A stretch of DNA of 64,000 nucleotides from Candidatus Bathyarchaeota archaeon (GTDB lineage: Archaea; Thermoproteota; Bathyarchaeia; Bathyarchaeales; Bathycorpusculaceae), in the NCBI GenBank assembly GCA_963715865.1, contig OY970280.1, positions 832,001 to 896,000 of the forward strand. The letters are read 5' to 3'. The notes under the pieces were generated by a model. It was not told where the DNA came from. It did not search any database and saw nothing but the letters and a program-made list of their open reading frames with translations. Numbering within the stretch: the first letter of the stretch is position 1; each line of letters opens with the position of its first letter. The position numbers and the translations under genes were made by a program. Positions 28,221-38,043 of the stretch are shown here, piece by piece.

Positions 28221-29921
28221 TTAAACGTTCGCCTTCACAGTTATCGGATCTTTAACTTTAACGTAATGATCGTACACTGGATAATTGTCATATTCAACAG
28301 TCCAGTACTGCTTGAATTTGCTCTTCATGTCTTCGTCAATCTTGCATGGCTCATTTGTTTGCACGTCAAGCCACATGGTTCTGCCGTCGACATGCCCTAC
28401 TACTTCGCCGTCTTTAACAACGATTTTGCCGTCCTTAATAGTGTAAGCCGCATGCTTGAACGCTCTGCGCACAGTCTTGTACTTTCGGGCTATGTCGGAA
28501 GTTTCAGGATTAATGTTATATATTGCAATGTCAGCGTCAGCGCCTACGCCGAGGTGACCTTTATTTTTGAGCCCTAAAGCTTTGGCTTGTCCTGCACGAG
28601 TCATTATTGCCAACTCATAGAGGCTTAATTCACGGTTAATTGAGGGTAGCAGACTCTTTTTCTGTGCTTTCTTGTGGCACCTCTTTAACGTTGCCATGCG
28701 TGCATTCTTGCTCATGAGCCAAGCAAGGATTCTTGGGTAAGCAATGAATGGTCCACCGTTCGGGTGGTCAGTGGTCAAAAACATTTTCCAAGGATCATCA
28801 ATCAACAGCGCGAGTTCTAAGGCTATTGACCATTGTGTAGCGTTCACAGCGTTGTTACGTTTGTAATGGAATGGGATGATTCCTCCGCTTGTCTCCGTTT
28901 CCACGTCACCGTTAACCCATTTGTGCCCGCTTAACTGGTAGAGCGTGTACTCGAAGGGTCCGTCAGCCGTCATCGTTGTGGTGTCAGTGAAGATTACTTG
29001 TCCCATGTCAAAAGTCATGTGGCTATGATTGTTAATGTACTTGGAAATTTCTTCAGCGGCAGAACGCATGTTTCCCCAGCTGTCGCCTCCGAAACTGCTA
29101 AACTGCAAGTGAGTAATGTGACCAACGGGTCTGCCCTCATAAGGCACGCTTTCTAAAGCCTTCATTGTTTCCAGCGTAGTAACGTAGTTGCCTGGTAATC
29201 CAAGATTGTTAGTGTGAAGGTGAATGGAATGAGGCAGGTTGAGCATTTTGTTAACCTTTGCTAAGCCACAAATGATTTCTCTAGGGGTAATGCAGAAGTT
29301 TGGAACTTGATCGTCAATGCTATGAACATTGTGTCCGAAACCCCATGATTCCAATCCGCCTGGATTAACAATTTTTATAGCATAACCTTTAGTGGTGTCG
29401 AGCATCCAAGCGACATGCCTTGCGCACCCTTCCAAGTCACCTTTCTGCAGATATTCAAGGACAAACCACCAGTCGCCAATCAACGGGTAAGTGGCTTTGT
29501 CTAAGAGGGGTATGTCGTTTAATTCTTCATGGGTATGTTTAGCTTCCAGAGGCGCCATGGACGGATTCATCACAGTAGTGTAACCCATCTTTGAGTAACG
29601 ATAACCAGTAATGAAAGTCGATGGAACCGAGTAGCCAGTACCTGATCTAGTTATGGCTGTTTTGCTTACAGCATCTTTAACGTGATCTTCAGGTCGAACG
29701 ATTCGACCAGTGTTTACTTCGCCACCAGCAATATGAGTATGAATGTCTATGCCACCTGGCATTATGGTTAAGCCAGTAGCATCTATCGTTTTACCTCTAT
29801 GTTCATGCACTTTCGCAACGATTTTGCCGTTTCTAATAGCTATATCCATTTTTTCGCCGTTAATCCCATTTAAGGGGTCAAAGACGAAGCCGTTTTTAAT
29901 CAACAATTCAGCCATTTTCAA
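28221..29921 (-). CDS. fwdA: Formylmethanofuran dehydrogenase subunit A
   Basis: 'PGGIDIHTHIAG', 'KIVNPGG', 'HLHTNNLG', 'TTDHPNGGPF', 'HLGVGADADI'. Confidence 0.97.
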   Translation of the reverse strand: MKMAELLIKNGFVFDPLNGINGEKMDIAIRNGKIVAKVHEHRGKTIDATGLTIMPGGIDIHTHIAGGEVNTGRIVRPEDHVKDAVSKTAITRSGTGYSVPSTFITGYRYSKMGYTTVMNPSMAPLEAKHTHEELNDIPLLDKATYPLIGDWWFVLEYLQKGDLEGCARHVAWMLDTTKGYAIKIVNPGGLESWGFGHNVHSIDDQVPNFCITPREIICGLAKVNKMLNLPHSIHLHTNNLGLPGNYVTTLETMKALESVPYEGRPVGHITHLQFSSFGGDSWGNMRSAAEEISKYINNHSHMTFDMGQVIFTDTTTMTADGPFEYTLYQLSGHKWVNGDVETETSGGIIPFHYKRNNAVNATQWSIALELALLIDDPWKMFLTTDHPNGGPFIAYPRILAWLMSKNARMATLKRCHKKAQKKSLLPSINRELSLYELAIMTRAGQAKALGLKNKGHLGVGADADIAIYNINPETSDIARKYKTVRRAFKHAAYTIKDGKIVVKDGEVVGHVDGRTMWLDVQTNEPCKIDEDMKSKFKQYWTVEYDNYPVYDHYVKVKDPITVKANV

Positions 29922-31387
29922 GTAGCCTCCACTTTTTGCTTTGTCTTTTGAGATTTTATTACTCTGACTTCTTCAAGAATTTTCTTCAGGATTTCCTCGT
30001 CAGAAAGTATTCCCTTTGGGGGTTCAACAACTTTCTTAAGCGGAAGTGGCACGTTATCCATGCGGTAAGCTGTTCCTTCAACTTCTATGCCGACAAACGC
30101 AGCTGGAAACACGACGTCGCCAAGCATGGCTGTAGCGTTCATGTGCGGGTCAATAACTATCAATGGGTGCTTAACCATGTTTTCAACGGCTCTCTTAGGA
30201 AAGTTCGCGCCTGGATCAGACGCAATAATCAACGAGGCATCGTTTTCTCCTCGCAAGAGAACATCCATGCAGGTGGTTTCTCCAGGGTTATACCGTGGGT
30301 AACCCATTGAGAAGTCAACGCCGTATGGGTAGCCGCTTTGCCAAGCAGAAACCACGTTCGCGCCAGTAACATTGAAGTGCCCTCTCATGGGCATGATTAA
30401 GAATTTTGTCCGCATGTTCAAATCGCGAACCAGCGATATGGCGACTTCTACGTTTCTGAATTTGCCAGCGGTCTGCGTTAAGCCCATGCCGAAGAAGATT
30501 ACGCCGAACTCACAATTCACTAATGCATCAGCTACTTCTTTGAGGTATTCTACTGGAACACCGGCGACTTGGTCAACGTCAAGCTCTTGGTCTTGAATCA
30601 ACGCTCTTAACGCCTGCATCAATTCATAATCCTTGTTAGGCTCAACTTGAATGAAGTAATCAGCCATTTCAGCCGACATACTTTTCCGAACATCGATTAC
30701 TATTAGTTTGCGCCCGCCCTTTGCCATTGCAGGAGGAACTCCGCCAATATAACAAGCTTGAGGCTTTGACCGTTGGCCTTTCACGAAACCGCCTCTAATG
30801 GCGCTTTGAATTTTCTTTTGACCAGCCTGCGCCTTTAGCTTTTGCATATATGCTTTCCATTCGCTTTTCTCAAACCTGCCTTCCGTGAAACTGGTGTACC
30901 TTTCAAGGTGCCTTGGGTGTGCACTCCACGGGTCACATCCCCAATAAATTATGAGGTCTGCACGGTGCCTAATCTGCCCCAAAGTGCACGTTGGAATTCC
31001 TACTTCTTGAAGCCCCAAGATAGATGGACCGTGGCATACAACGGATGTGTTATCTAGAACGCCGCCGACTTCTTCGGTTAATTCTACGCCGACGCGTTGG
31101 GCTTCACAGCTAGTTGAGCTCCAACCGTACAGTATTGGATAATTGGAGTTAGCAAGAATTTCCGCGGCTTTATGCACAGCTTCGTCCATTGAGACTGGAA
31201 CCAACTTGCCATCCTTTCTGATAAGTGGCGTACGGATTCTGTGCTCGCCTTTGTAACCGAGAAATTTGGATTCGCAGACGGCGCAACCGTTCTTAACCTT
31301 GGTTACCTCATTGTTTTCAACTGTTAATTCGATGTCGTCGCATAAGCAGCCGCATATTGGACATGTTACAGATTTAACTATTGACAC
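29918..31387 (-). CDS. fwdB: Formylmethanofuran dehydrogenase subunit B (Cys form)
   Basis: 'CPICGCLCDD', 'VCHGPS', 'MRGHFNVTG', 'GTAYRMD'. Confidence 0.95.
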   Translation of the reverse strand: MSIVKSVTCPICGCLCDDIELTVENNEVTKVKNGCAVCESKFLGYKGEHRIRTPLIRKDGKLVPVSMDEAVHKAAEILANSNYPILYGWSSTSCEAQRVGVELTEEVGGVLDNTSVVCHGPSILGLQEVGIPTCTLGQIRHRADLIIYWGCDPWSAHPRHLERYTSFTEGRFEKSEWKAYMQKLKAQAGQKKIQSAIRGGFVKGQRSKPQACYIGGVPPAMAKGGRKLIVIDVRKSMSAEMADYFIQVEPNKDYELMQALRALIQDQELDVDQVAGVPVEYLKEVADALVNCEFGVIFFGMGLTQTAGKFRNVEVAISLVRDLNMRTKFLIMPMRGHFNVTGANVVSAWQSGYPYGVDFSMGYPRYNPGETTCMDVLLRGENDASLIIASDPGANFPKRAVENMVKHPLIVIDPHMNATAMLGDVVFPAAFVGIEVEGTAYRMDNVPLPLKKVVEPPKGILSDEEILKKILEEVRVIKSQKTKQKVEAT

Positions 31388-31390
31388 TTT

Positions 31391-31792
31391 TTACCTCCCA
31401 AATTCGCTTTTAAGAAGTTCCTCCAAGCTCAGAACTTGTTTACTTGGGGCTGGTTCAACTTCAGCTGGAGTTCCCTTGAATGAGGGCGTGCCAATGCTGG
31501 TAGTTTTGTCGCTGCAGACAGCGTTTGCCCATGGTCCATAGGGAATGTAAATTAAGCCCGGGGTGGCGGCGCGAGGGTATTTTACGGCTTTAAGGACAAC
31601 CGAGCCGTCAGCAGTTGTCACTAAAATATTAGTGTTATTTTTCACGCCGAGTTTCTTCATCTCTTCTGCGTCCATATAGCACATTGAACAGGCATCAAAA
31701 TATTCTTTTGAGCTTTTTCCTTTCTCTTTGCCGACGCCTTGCTCTATCGTGCGACCTGTAAGCAAAGTTACCTTTAACTTTTGCTCTACCAT
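31391..31792 (-). CDS. fwdD: Formylmethanofuran dehydrogenase subunit D
   Basis: 'LLTGRTIEQG', 'IPYGPWAN', 'GTPSFKG'. Confidence 0.95.
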   Translation of the reverse strand: MVEQKLKVTLLTGRTIEQGVGKEKGKSSKEYFDACSMCYMDAEEMKKLGVKNNTNILVTTADGSVVLKAVKYPRAATPGLIYIPYGPWANAVCSDKTTSIGTPSFKGTPAEVEPAPSKQVLSLEELLKSEFGR

Positions 31793-31994
31793 GATTACGA
31801 CCTTACCAATAGAATTTATATAGTTATATTTAAGAGTAAGTTTAGGAAAAACGCAAATTTTACCATCAAGGACAGCACATACGGAACCAACTACAGCATC
31901 AAATAGCCAGCGACTAAACGCCAGTCATTCGCAAACAAAATAGCCTTTTGTTTTTATCGAAAATTTAAAAAGCAAACGTTCCTTCAACTTAATT

Positions 31995-33059
31995 ATGAAG
32001 TTATCTTTTAAAATAGGCTCTGCATGGGGCATTCCAATTGAGCTGCACCTTACATTTATCCTGTTAATAATAGCGGTGTTTATTCTTTTTTATCCTCAAA
32101 TCTACTCTTTTGTCCTCATACTATTCCTGTTTGTTTTCGTAGTTTTCCATGAGCTTGCGCACTCAGTTGTTGCAAGACGCTACGGGATTAAGGTTCGTAA
32201 AATTATTCTTTACCCAATCGGCGGCGTGTCAGAAATAGAGGAAATTCCCGAAAACCCCTCAATAGAATGGCGAATGGCAATCGCTGGACCAGTCACAAGC
32301 TTAATACTTGGAGGCGCCTTTCTGGGCATAAACCAGTTCATATCAATACAAATACCGTTATCCACGGTTTCGTCCTCAATACTTTATTCGGGAAACCTGC
32401 TGCTTGACTTAGGATTCCTAAACCTGTTCCTCGGCGCATTCAACTTAATCCCAGCTTTTCCCATGGACGGCGGCAGAGTTTTCAGGGCTTTGCTGGCTGA
32501 ACGGATGAAGTTTTCTGATGCTACAAAATACGCCGCTTATATCGGCAGAATATTTGGCATTTTGATGGCTGTGGTGGGAGTTTTATTTAATTTTTGGTTA
32601 ATAATAATCGGCGTCTTCGTTTACATAGGTGCCAGTGAAGAAGCAGAGCAAACAATAGTCTCCACGACTTTAGCGAGTGTTCGAGTTAAAGATGTCATGC
32701 AATCTGAGGTGGGCGCGGTTCACCCTGACCAAACCATCGCTGAGACCTTGGAAGTTATGTTCAAATCCAGATATCATGATGCACTTGTCGAGAAAGATGG
32801 CGTTTTTCAAGGCGTGGTTATTTGGAATGAAATAATCAAGGTTGCACCAGAGCAACGTAATAACCTGAAGGTTGAGCAGATGCCCCTAAAGAACATTTCA
32901 ACCTATCCGGATGAAGCAGTTCTTGAAGTATACAAACTTATGACTAAAGAAAAAATTGACCTGGTACCTGTTGTTGATAGGGAAACGCCTACAAAAGTGA
33001 TAGGTGTCCTGACAAGTGAAGCTATAGCGAATGCTTATGAGAAAGCTAGGAATCGTTAA
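31995..33059 (+). CDS. Site-2 protease (M50) with C-terminal CBS pair
   Basis: 'HELAH', 'AIAGP', 'NLIPAFPMDGGR', two CBS domains. Confidence 0.95.
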   Translation: MKLSFKIGSAWGIPIELHLTFILLIIAVFILFYPQIYSFVLILFLFVFVVFHELAHSVVARRYGIKVRKIILYPIGGVSEIEEIPENPSIEWRMAIAGPVTSLILGGAFLGINQFISIQIPLSTVSSSILYSGNLLLDLGFLNLFLGAFNLIPAFPMDGGRVFRALLAERMKFSDATKYAAYIGRIFGILMAVVGVLFNFWLIIIGVFVYIGASEEAEQTIVSTTLASVRVKDVMQSEVGAVHPDQTIAETLEVMFKSRYHDALVEKDGVFQGVVIWNEIIKVAPEQRNNLKVEQMPLKNISTYPDEAVLEVYKLMTKEKIDLVPVVDRETPTKVIGVLTSEAIANAYEKARNR

Positions 33060-33170
33060 AAGCACTAACATTTGTTATACTGTTTGAGAATCTTATGTAT
33101 TACTACACAATACTTTTATGCTGTACAGACAAACTAAAGTCAAGACCTTTGCAACCAAAAAAGTCCACCC

Positions 33171-33347
33171 ATGGAAGAGGTTCACGTGGATCAGGGCAAG
33201 TATAAAATGAAAAGCAAACCAATTGAGCTATTAAAAGTTGGATCGTGAGCAACAATCAGCTTGAACGATTCAATACAGAGGGCGAGGGGGTTAGCTCAAA
33301 TTACTGCTTTTCGCAATTTGCCATGAAACCACAAGAACCTCTTCCAT
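33171..33347. ncRNA. Candidate structured RNA or fold-back element (~177 nt)
   Basis: Four nested complementary pairs: 33171-33183/33335-33347, 33195-33201/33316-33322, 33209-33216/33305-33312, 33223-33230/33292-33299; family not recognised. Confidence 0.5.
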
Positions 33348-33501
33348 CAGCCCAATCACGAGATGATGTTAATAACAAACTTTCTCAGACCGACTTTGAA
33401 AAGAGTATGTAATTTCTGCCATAGACAAATCCTATTATCCCAAAAATGACCATCTTATCCTACATCTAAATCTAACAGTCAATTGAAAATGTGAAAACGG
33501 A

Positions 33502-34074
33502 GTGAAAAATTTGGGAACAGAAATTCGCACCTTCACCTCACTAAAAGAATTAGCAGAATTCCTAGCAAACCAAACTCTACAGTATCGATCATTATTTGAA
33601 GATTACAGCCAATGGCTAGGCACATTACTGCGAGACTTCGAAGGCGCCCACAAAAACGAAGAATGGTACCAAAAATCAGCAGCCCTGCAAAAAAACCTGC
33701 GCAGTCAATCAAAGAAACCTCCAGAAACAGCAGAAAAAGGAAAAAAGGGTGCCAAGGGAAAAGAAGAAGCCTCATGCTGGGTTCAATCAGGCGACATCCC
33801 TATTTCATTTACTGAACAAGGACAAACAGAAATCTTGTTTGAAGCCATTGAAAAAATAAACACTAAAATTCAGGAAAATGAGAAATTTAAGACAACCGTC
33901 CAACAACTTGCACGTTTAGGATTAGGAACAACCGTCAACTACATAGTTTACATTGAAGAGGACATTCCGAAAAAAATTGTGTTAAAACCAAAAGCCAGCA
34001 ATAAAGGAGATGAAGCTTTCAAGTTCATGGCAGAGCTTTCTGTGCCAGCATTCTATAGCTGTGATAAACCATAA
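33502..34074 (+). CDS. Hypothetical protein
   Basis: 190-aa ORF with GGAG SD, coiled-coil and beta segments. Confidence 0.82.
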   Translation: MKNLGTEIRTFTSLKELAEFLANQTLQYRSLFEDYSQWLGTLLRDFEGAHKNEEWYQKSAALQKNLRSQSKKPPETAEKGKKGAKGKEEASCWVQSGDIPISFTEQGQTEILFEAIEKINTKIQENEKFKTTVQQLARLGLGTTVNYIVYIEEDIPKKIVLKPKASNKGDEAFKFMAELSVPAFYSCDKP

Positions 34075-34169
34075 ACCCTAACTTACCATTCTAATGGTGG
34101 TCAGATGCTGGCTGCATACAAAAGTTAAATATTAAAACTAACTGAAATGATGTAAGAGGGGAATCAGCC

Positions 34170-34688
34170 GTAAATCCACAGTATTCTGTCTCCGGAGTCA
34201 TCGTTTCCATCAGTCTCAATAGTTTACAGGCTGAACGAACTGGTGAATATCTCTCAACAGAAGAACTGTTTTTTGATGTGAACGCAAAGCTGGAAGAACA
34301 AAAAAAAGGCACTAACCAAATAACTCTCAACTTCGAGTTGGCGATTTCCACCAAGCCAAACGTTGTTAAATACAACACCACAGGCTCCGTAACTCTGGCT
34401 GGCAAACCAGACGACATCAAGAAAAAACTAGAAGTTAACCCTAAAACAAAAATTCCCCAAATACTCTTCACCATCTACCAGCACGTCTTCAACTCAATCT
34501 ACATGCTATCAGCCAACCTAAATACACCATATCCACCGCCAGACCTTCTTCATCCAATGGCAGAAAAAATCCAGATCCTATCAAGCACACCCCAAAGTCA
34601 ATCGCCGCCAGAAAAACCTGAAGCTCCAGCAGCAGCACCTGCGGCTTCTCCTGCGCAACCGGCAGATAAACAAGCGGCAAATAAGTAA
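34170..34688 (+). CDS. Hypothetical protein, SecB-like fold suspected
   Basis: Frame open from 34146; alternating beta pattern then helix ending 'PYPPPDL'; start uncertain (GTA 34170 behind GAGGGG, or GTG 34278). Confidence 0.65.
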   Translation, partial: VNPQYSVSGVIVSISLNSLQAERTGEYLSTEELFFDVNAKLEEQKKGTNQITLNFELAISTKPNVVKYNTTGSVTLAGKPDDIKKKLEVNPKTKIPQILFTIYQHVFNSIYMLSANLNTPYPPPDLLHPMAEKIQILSSTPQSQSPPEKPEAPAAAPAASPAQPADKQAANK

Positions 34689-34866
34689 ATTAATGAAAAA
34701 CCAAAAATTTGCTGATTGCTTGAATCTTACTCGGAAGAGCTAAAGTAACACAAATAACAATCATTCAGTCTTTTTTTGGACATATTCTCAAAAGGAAATA
34801 ATTAGAAAACAAGAATAACGTATTATAAGTTTTTCCGACAAAATAGGTATCGGGAAGGAGAAGACT

Positions 34867-35085
34867 TTGGAAACAACAGTAACCAGTTTACTTTTGGTAA
34901 CAGCAGCTGTGGTGCTTGCTTGCGTAGTTGTTAATTACGCTGTAAATATAGTGCAACAGGTTGCTAATAATGATAATATGCCTCAGCTTGACAGAATAAA
35001 AAGTATTGAAAACAACCTTCTGAACCAGACTGATCAATTATTTAATGAAACCCAACCGCAACTGCCAAGCATACCGTCGCCATAA
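34867..35085 (+). CDS. Small pilin-like membrane protein
   Basis: 'METTVTSLLLVTAAVVLACVVVNYA', SD GGAGGA and TATA upstream. Confidence 0.72.
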   Translation: METTVTSLLLVTAAVVLACVVVNYAVNIVQQVANNDNMPQLDRIKSIENNLLNQTDQLFNETQPQLPSIPSP

Positions 35086-35218
35086 ACTACCGCTTTTCTT
35101 CTAGTATAGTACTGGAGTGAAAGGCTTTTTCGAAGTGGAGCCTCTGTTAATTGGAAATACTGTTTCTAAATTCATAAATCCTAAAATGTTGAAGCGCCAA
35201 TTCCTCAGAGGAAGACTC

Positions 35219-35548
35219 ATGTCGACTACTCCAGCAGAGGTCTCACGGTTCGACGCCGAAAATGCAACAGCCATGACAACTGACTTCCTGAAAAGGTTAG
35301 GGTACAAGGGAAATTGGTTGCCAATGAAAGTTGCTCTTGATGGAGAATTATACGTTGTCGAAATGATGTTTCAAAAGTTAACGGCTAAAGTGCAGATAAA
35401 TTCTAAAACCAAAGAAATAAGAGAATACGAATTCCAAGAAGGCGAAGCAGCAACAAACTCGCTATTTAAATCAAAAGGAAAAATAATATTTCTGGTTGCC
35501 GCAATTTCAATAGCTGTTGTTATTGTAAAATTGATGGGCATTTTTTAA
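35219..35548 (+). CDS. Hypothetical protein with C-terminal TM
   Basis: Start revised to ATG 35219 behind GAGGAAG. Confidence 0.75.
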   Translation: MSTTPAEVSRFDAENATAMTTDFLKRLGYKGNWLPMKVALDGELYVVEMMFQKLTAKVQINSKTKEIREYEFQEGEAATNSLFKSKGKIIFLVAAISIAVVIVKLMGIF

Positions 35549-35655
35549 ATTCGCAGATTTTTTCCTACAACCAAGATGCAACCAAAAAAACAATTAAAAG
35601 CAATCAATAGCACCAGCAACAGCTAACCGCAACAAAAAGTAACCTATTTGCAAAA

Positions 35656-35702
35656 TGGTGGGGCTGGAGATCCTTGAACCCAAAAGGGTTCAAAACCTTA
35701 TT
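35656..35702 (-). repeat. tRNA-3'-like repeat plus hairpin, copy A
   Basis: TGGTGGGGCTGG then TTGAACCC-AAAA-GGGTTCAA-AACCTTATT; 35674-35702 identical to 54248-54276. Confidence 0.8.
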
Positions 35703-35750
35703 GTTGCCAAGTGGTCTTTTCTCTCAAGCTTCAAATTCAGCGAGTGTAGT

Positions 35751-35789
35751 GTGGACCGGACCCGGCTTACCCGAAACGGGTATGAACCC
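35751..35789 (-). repeat. tRNA-3'-like repeat plus hairpin, copy B (Ala-like end)
   Basis: GTGGACCGG...TACCCG-AAA-CGGGTA-TGAACCC. Confidence 0.55.
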
Positions 35790-35814
35790 TCGCCTAAACT
35801 TGAAGATTTAGTCT

Positions 35815-36501
35815 TTACCTATGCTTTTCTAACAGCATCTTTAGGACATCTTCATCCGTTAAGTCGTACCAGTTCACGTAGGCGTTTGCGACAGCGAATG
35901 ATGGCCCGCTTCTTATGTTGAGGCACACGATCTCATCTACTTCGGGAGCGAGCAGTTCGATAGCGCCTAAGGAAGCTGTGGGCACAGCGACGATTATTTT
36001 TTTAGGTGCTCTCTCCCTCACAGATCTCGCGGCAGCCAGCATAGTAAAGCCCGAGGCCAACCCGTCGTCGACGAGTACCACAACCTTGTCCTTTAAGTCG
36101 GGCATGGGTTTATCTCCCCTGAACTTTCTAAGCCTCTCTTGAATATTTCTCTTGGTCCTCAAGATTGACGTCTCCATCTCTTCTTCTGTCAGGTCTAACT
36201 GCTCAATCAGGCCTTCGTTTAGGACAATTTTGCCATCCCACGTTATCGCGCCAAATCCGGCTTCAGTGTTCCATGGAATTTGAACCTTCCTAACCACCAT
36301 CACATCCATCGGGACAGCGAGTTCCTTCGCGACCGTATAACCCACTGGAACTCCACCGGCAGGCACAGCCAAGACGATTACATTTCCGTTACCAGCGTAT
36401 TCTCGGAGTTTGTAGGCCAAAAGCTTGCCAGCCTGAAACCTGTCCCGAAATACAGATACGCGGTCTCTGTAAGCTGGATTCTCAATGATCTTCGCAGTCA
36501 T
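35815..36501 (-). CDS. Phosphoribosyltransferase-like protein
   Basis: 'FRDRFQAG', 'LAVPAGGVPV', PRPP motif 'VVLVDDGLASGFTM'. Confidence 0.92.
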   Translation of the reverse strand: MTAKIIENPAYRDRVSVFRDRFQAGKLLAYKLREYAGNGNVIVLAVPAGGVPVGYTVAKELAVPMDVMVVRKVQIPWNTEAGFGAITWDGKIVLNEGLIEQLDLTEEEMETSILRTKRNIQERLRKFRGDKPMPDLKDKVVVLVDDGLASGFTMLAAARSVRERAPKKIIVAVPTASLGAIELLAPEVDEIVCLNIRSGPSFAVANAYVNWYDLTDEDVLKMLLEKHR

Positions 36502-36651
36502 AACCTAAACCTTACAGGGATAAATTATGAACTACACCTGATTTATCCTTACCTTTCAGACTATGCCAGTTGCTGTTGTGACCCGAATCGGATCCAACAA
36601 GCCCTTATATCGCGGAAATCGGAAATGTTCTTGCTAATTCTGGTGGAACAA

Positions 36652-37180
36652 ATGAAAAAAATGTTAATTTTGGTAGAAAACGGCGTAGAGGATTCAGAAT
36701 TCATTTACCCGTACTATCGATTTCGAGAAGAAGGCTACAAGATGGACATTGTTGCGCCCAAAGCGAAGAAGGAGTACATCGGCAAACACGGCGTGCCATT
36801 TACTTCGGAGATTTCACCTAATGAGGTGAATTTGGATGATTACGATGCAGTGATCATTCCCGGCGGTCAAGCCCCTGACCGTATGCGTATCCATCGAGAC
36901 CTAGTGGAAATGGTAAGGGCAGCAAATAGCAAAGGAAAAATTATCGCTGCGGTTTGCCATGGGCCTCAAATGCTTATTGAGGCGGACATTGTTCGAGGAA
37001 AGACAGCTACGAGTTGGCCTTCTGTTAGAACGGATCTGAGAAATGCGGGTTTTAGATGAACCTGCCGTGGTTGATGGAAACATTGTGACTTCGCGCTCTC
37101 CCGATGACTTGCCAGATTTCTGCCGAACAACGATAAAGCTCTTGGCTACTTTACAGAAGGATTCGGAAAAAGACGTCTAA
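36652..37180 (+). pseudogene. pfpI: PfpI/DJ-1 family protein, frameshifted near 37050
   Basis: 'EDSEFIYP', 'IPGG', nucleophile 'AVCHGP'; tail 'DEPAVVDGNIVTSRSPDDLPDF' in another frame to TAA 37180. Confidence 0.85.
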
Positions 37181-37578
37181 ATAAAAGAGGAATCTGCGGC
37201 TCAACCATAGAAACGCTAATCGGTGAAGAATGCCATCTGTTTGCAAGCTATTTAAGAGATGAAAAGAAAGAAGGGTTCCAAGAGTAGGAATAACCGTCCA
37301 ACCAAAAATATACTCTCAGATGACCCGATTTCTCGATAAAACTCAATACTCTTAATGAGTAGACGTTTTTTTAGAATATTGTTATCTGAACGCTTTCACT
37401 TTTACCATATACTCTACTGTTGGGCAAGGTAGTTTGGTCATTCATTTATATGAGATTTGAGCCCTAAAGCATGCGTTTATAGATACCTAAAGAAACTACC
37501 ATAGCGCGTTTGATGGTTTTTAGGATTTGTAAAGTTTGTAATTGTTGACGTGCAGTCACAAATAGATATAGAGACGCA

Positions 37579-37977
37579 TTGAACAGTTTCTTAAATGGTT
37601 TTATAATGCTTGAAAGCCATATTGAGGAAAAACAGCGACCTAATTCTTCTGCGGTTGCCCAATCACGTAGAGCTTTGAGCGTTGTCAAATATGATTGTGG
37701 CTTCCATTTTTATATCACCCTTGGAAACTATACAGGGGTAACTGCAACAAGCCTTCAAGACTTAGCTCAAAAAATGCGGACAGTCAGTCTTGATTCTATT
37801 AAGTTCCATTTCGAGCGCGGAGATTTTCAAAGATGGATAAGATATATTTTCTGTGATCCTGAATTGGCAGAACGCATAGGGCTAATCAGCCCTGAGTTTT
37901 CAGCTGAAGATCTCAGAAAGGAGATCATAAATAAAATCGAAAGTCGCTTAATCCAATTGAAAGAGATTGCTAAATAG
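37579..37977 (+). CDS. DUF5752 family protein
   Basis: 'FHFY...TGVTATSL', 'SIKFHFERGDFQRWI', 'EDLR'. Confidence 0.82.
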   Translation: MNSFLNGFIMLESHIEEKQRPNSSAVAQSRRALSVVKYDCGFHFYITLGNYTGVTATSLQDLAQKMRTVSLDSIKFHFERGDFQRWIRYIFCDPELAERIGLISPEFSAEDLRKEIINKIESRLIQLKEIAK

Positions 37978-38043
37978 ATATGCCGCTCACGATGAGTTAG
38001 CCGTAGAAGGCATATATGGACTGTTGATTTAATCTGGCTTAAG

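Noticed and set aside
27404-31792. Evidence for methanogenesis
   Set aside because: fwd alone also serves the Wood-Ljungdahl pathway; no mcr or mtr in the window.
33160-33170. RNase P RNA start (AAAGTCCACCC)
   Set aside because: Lacks the preceding GAGG and a matching 3' conserved region; the structure is a simple rod.
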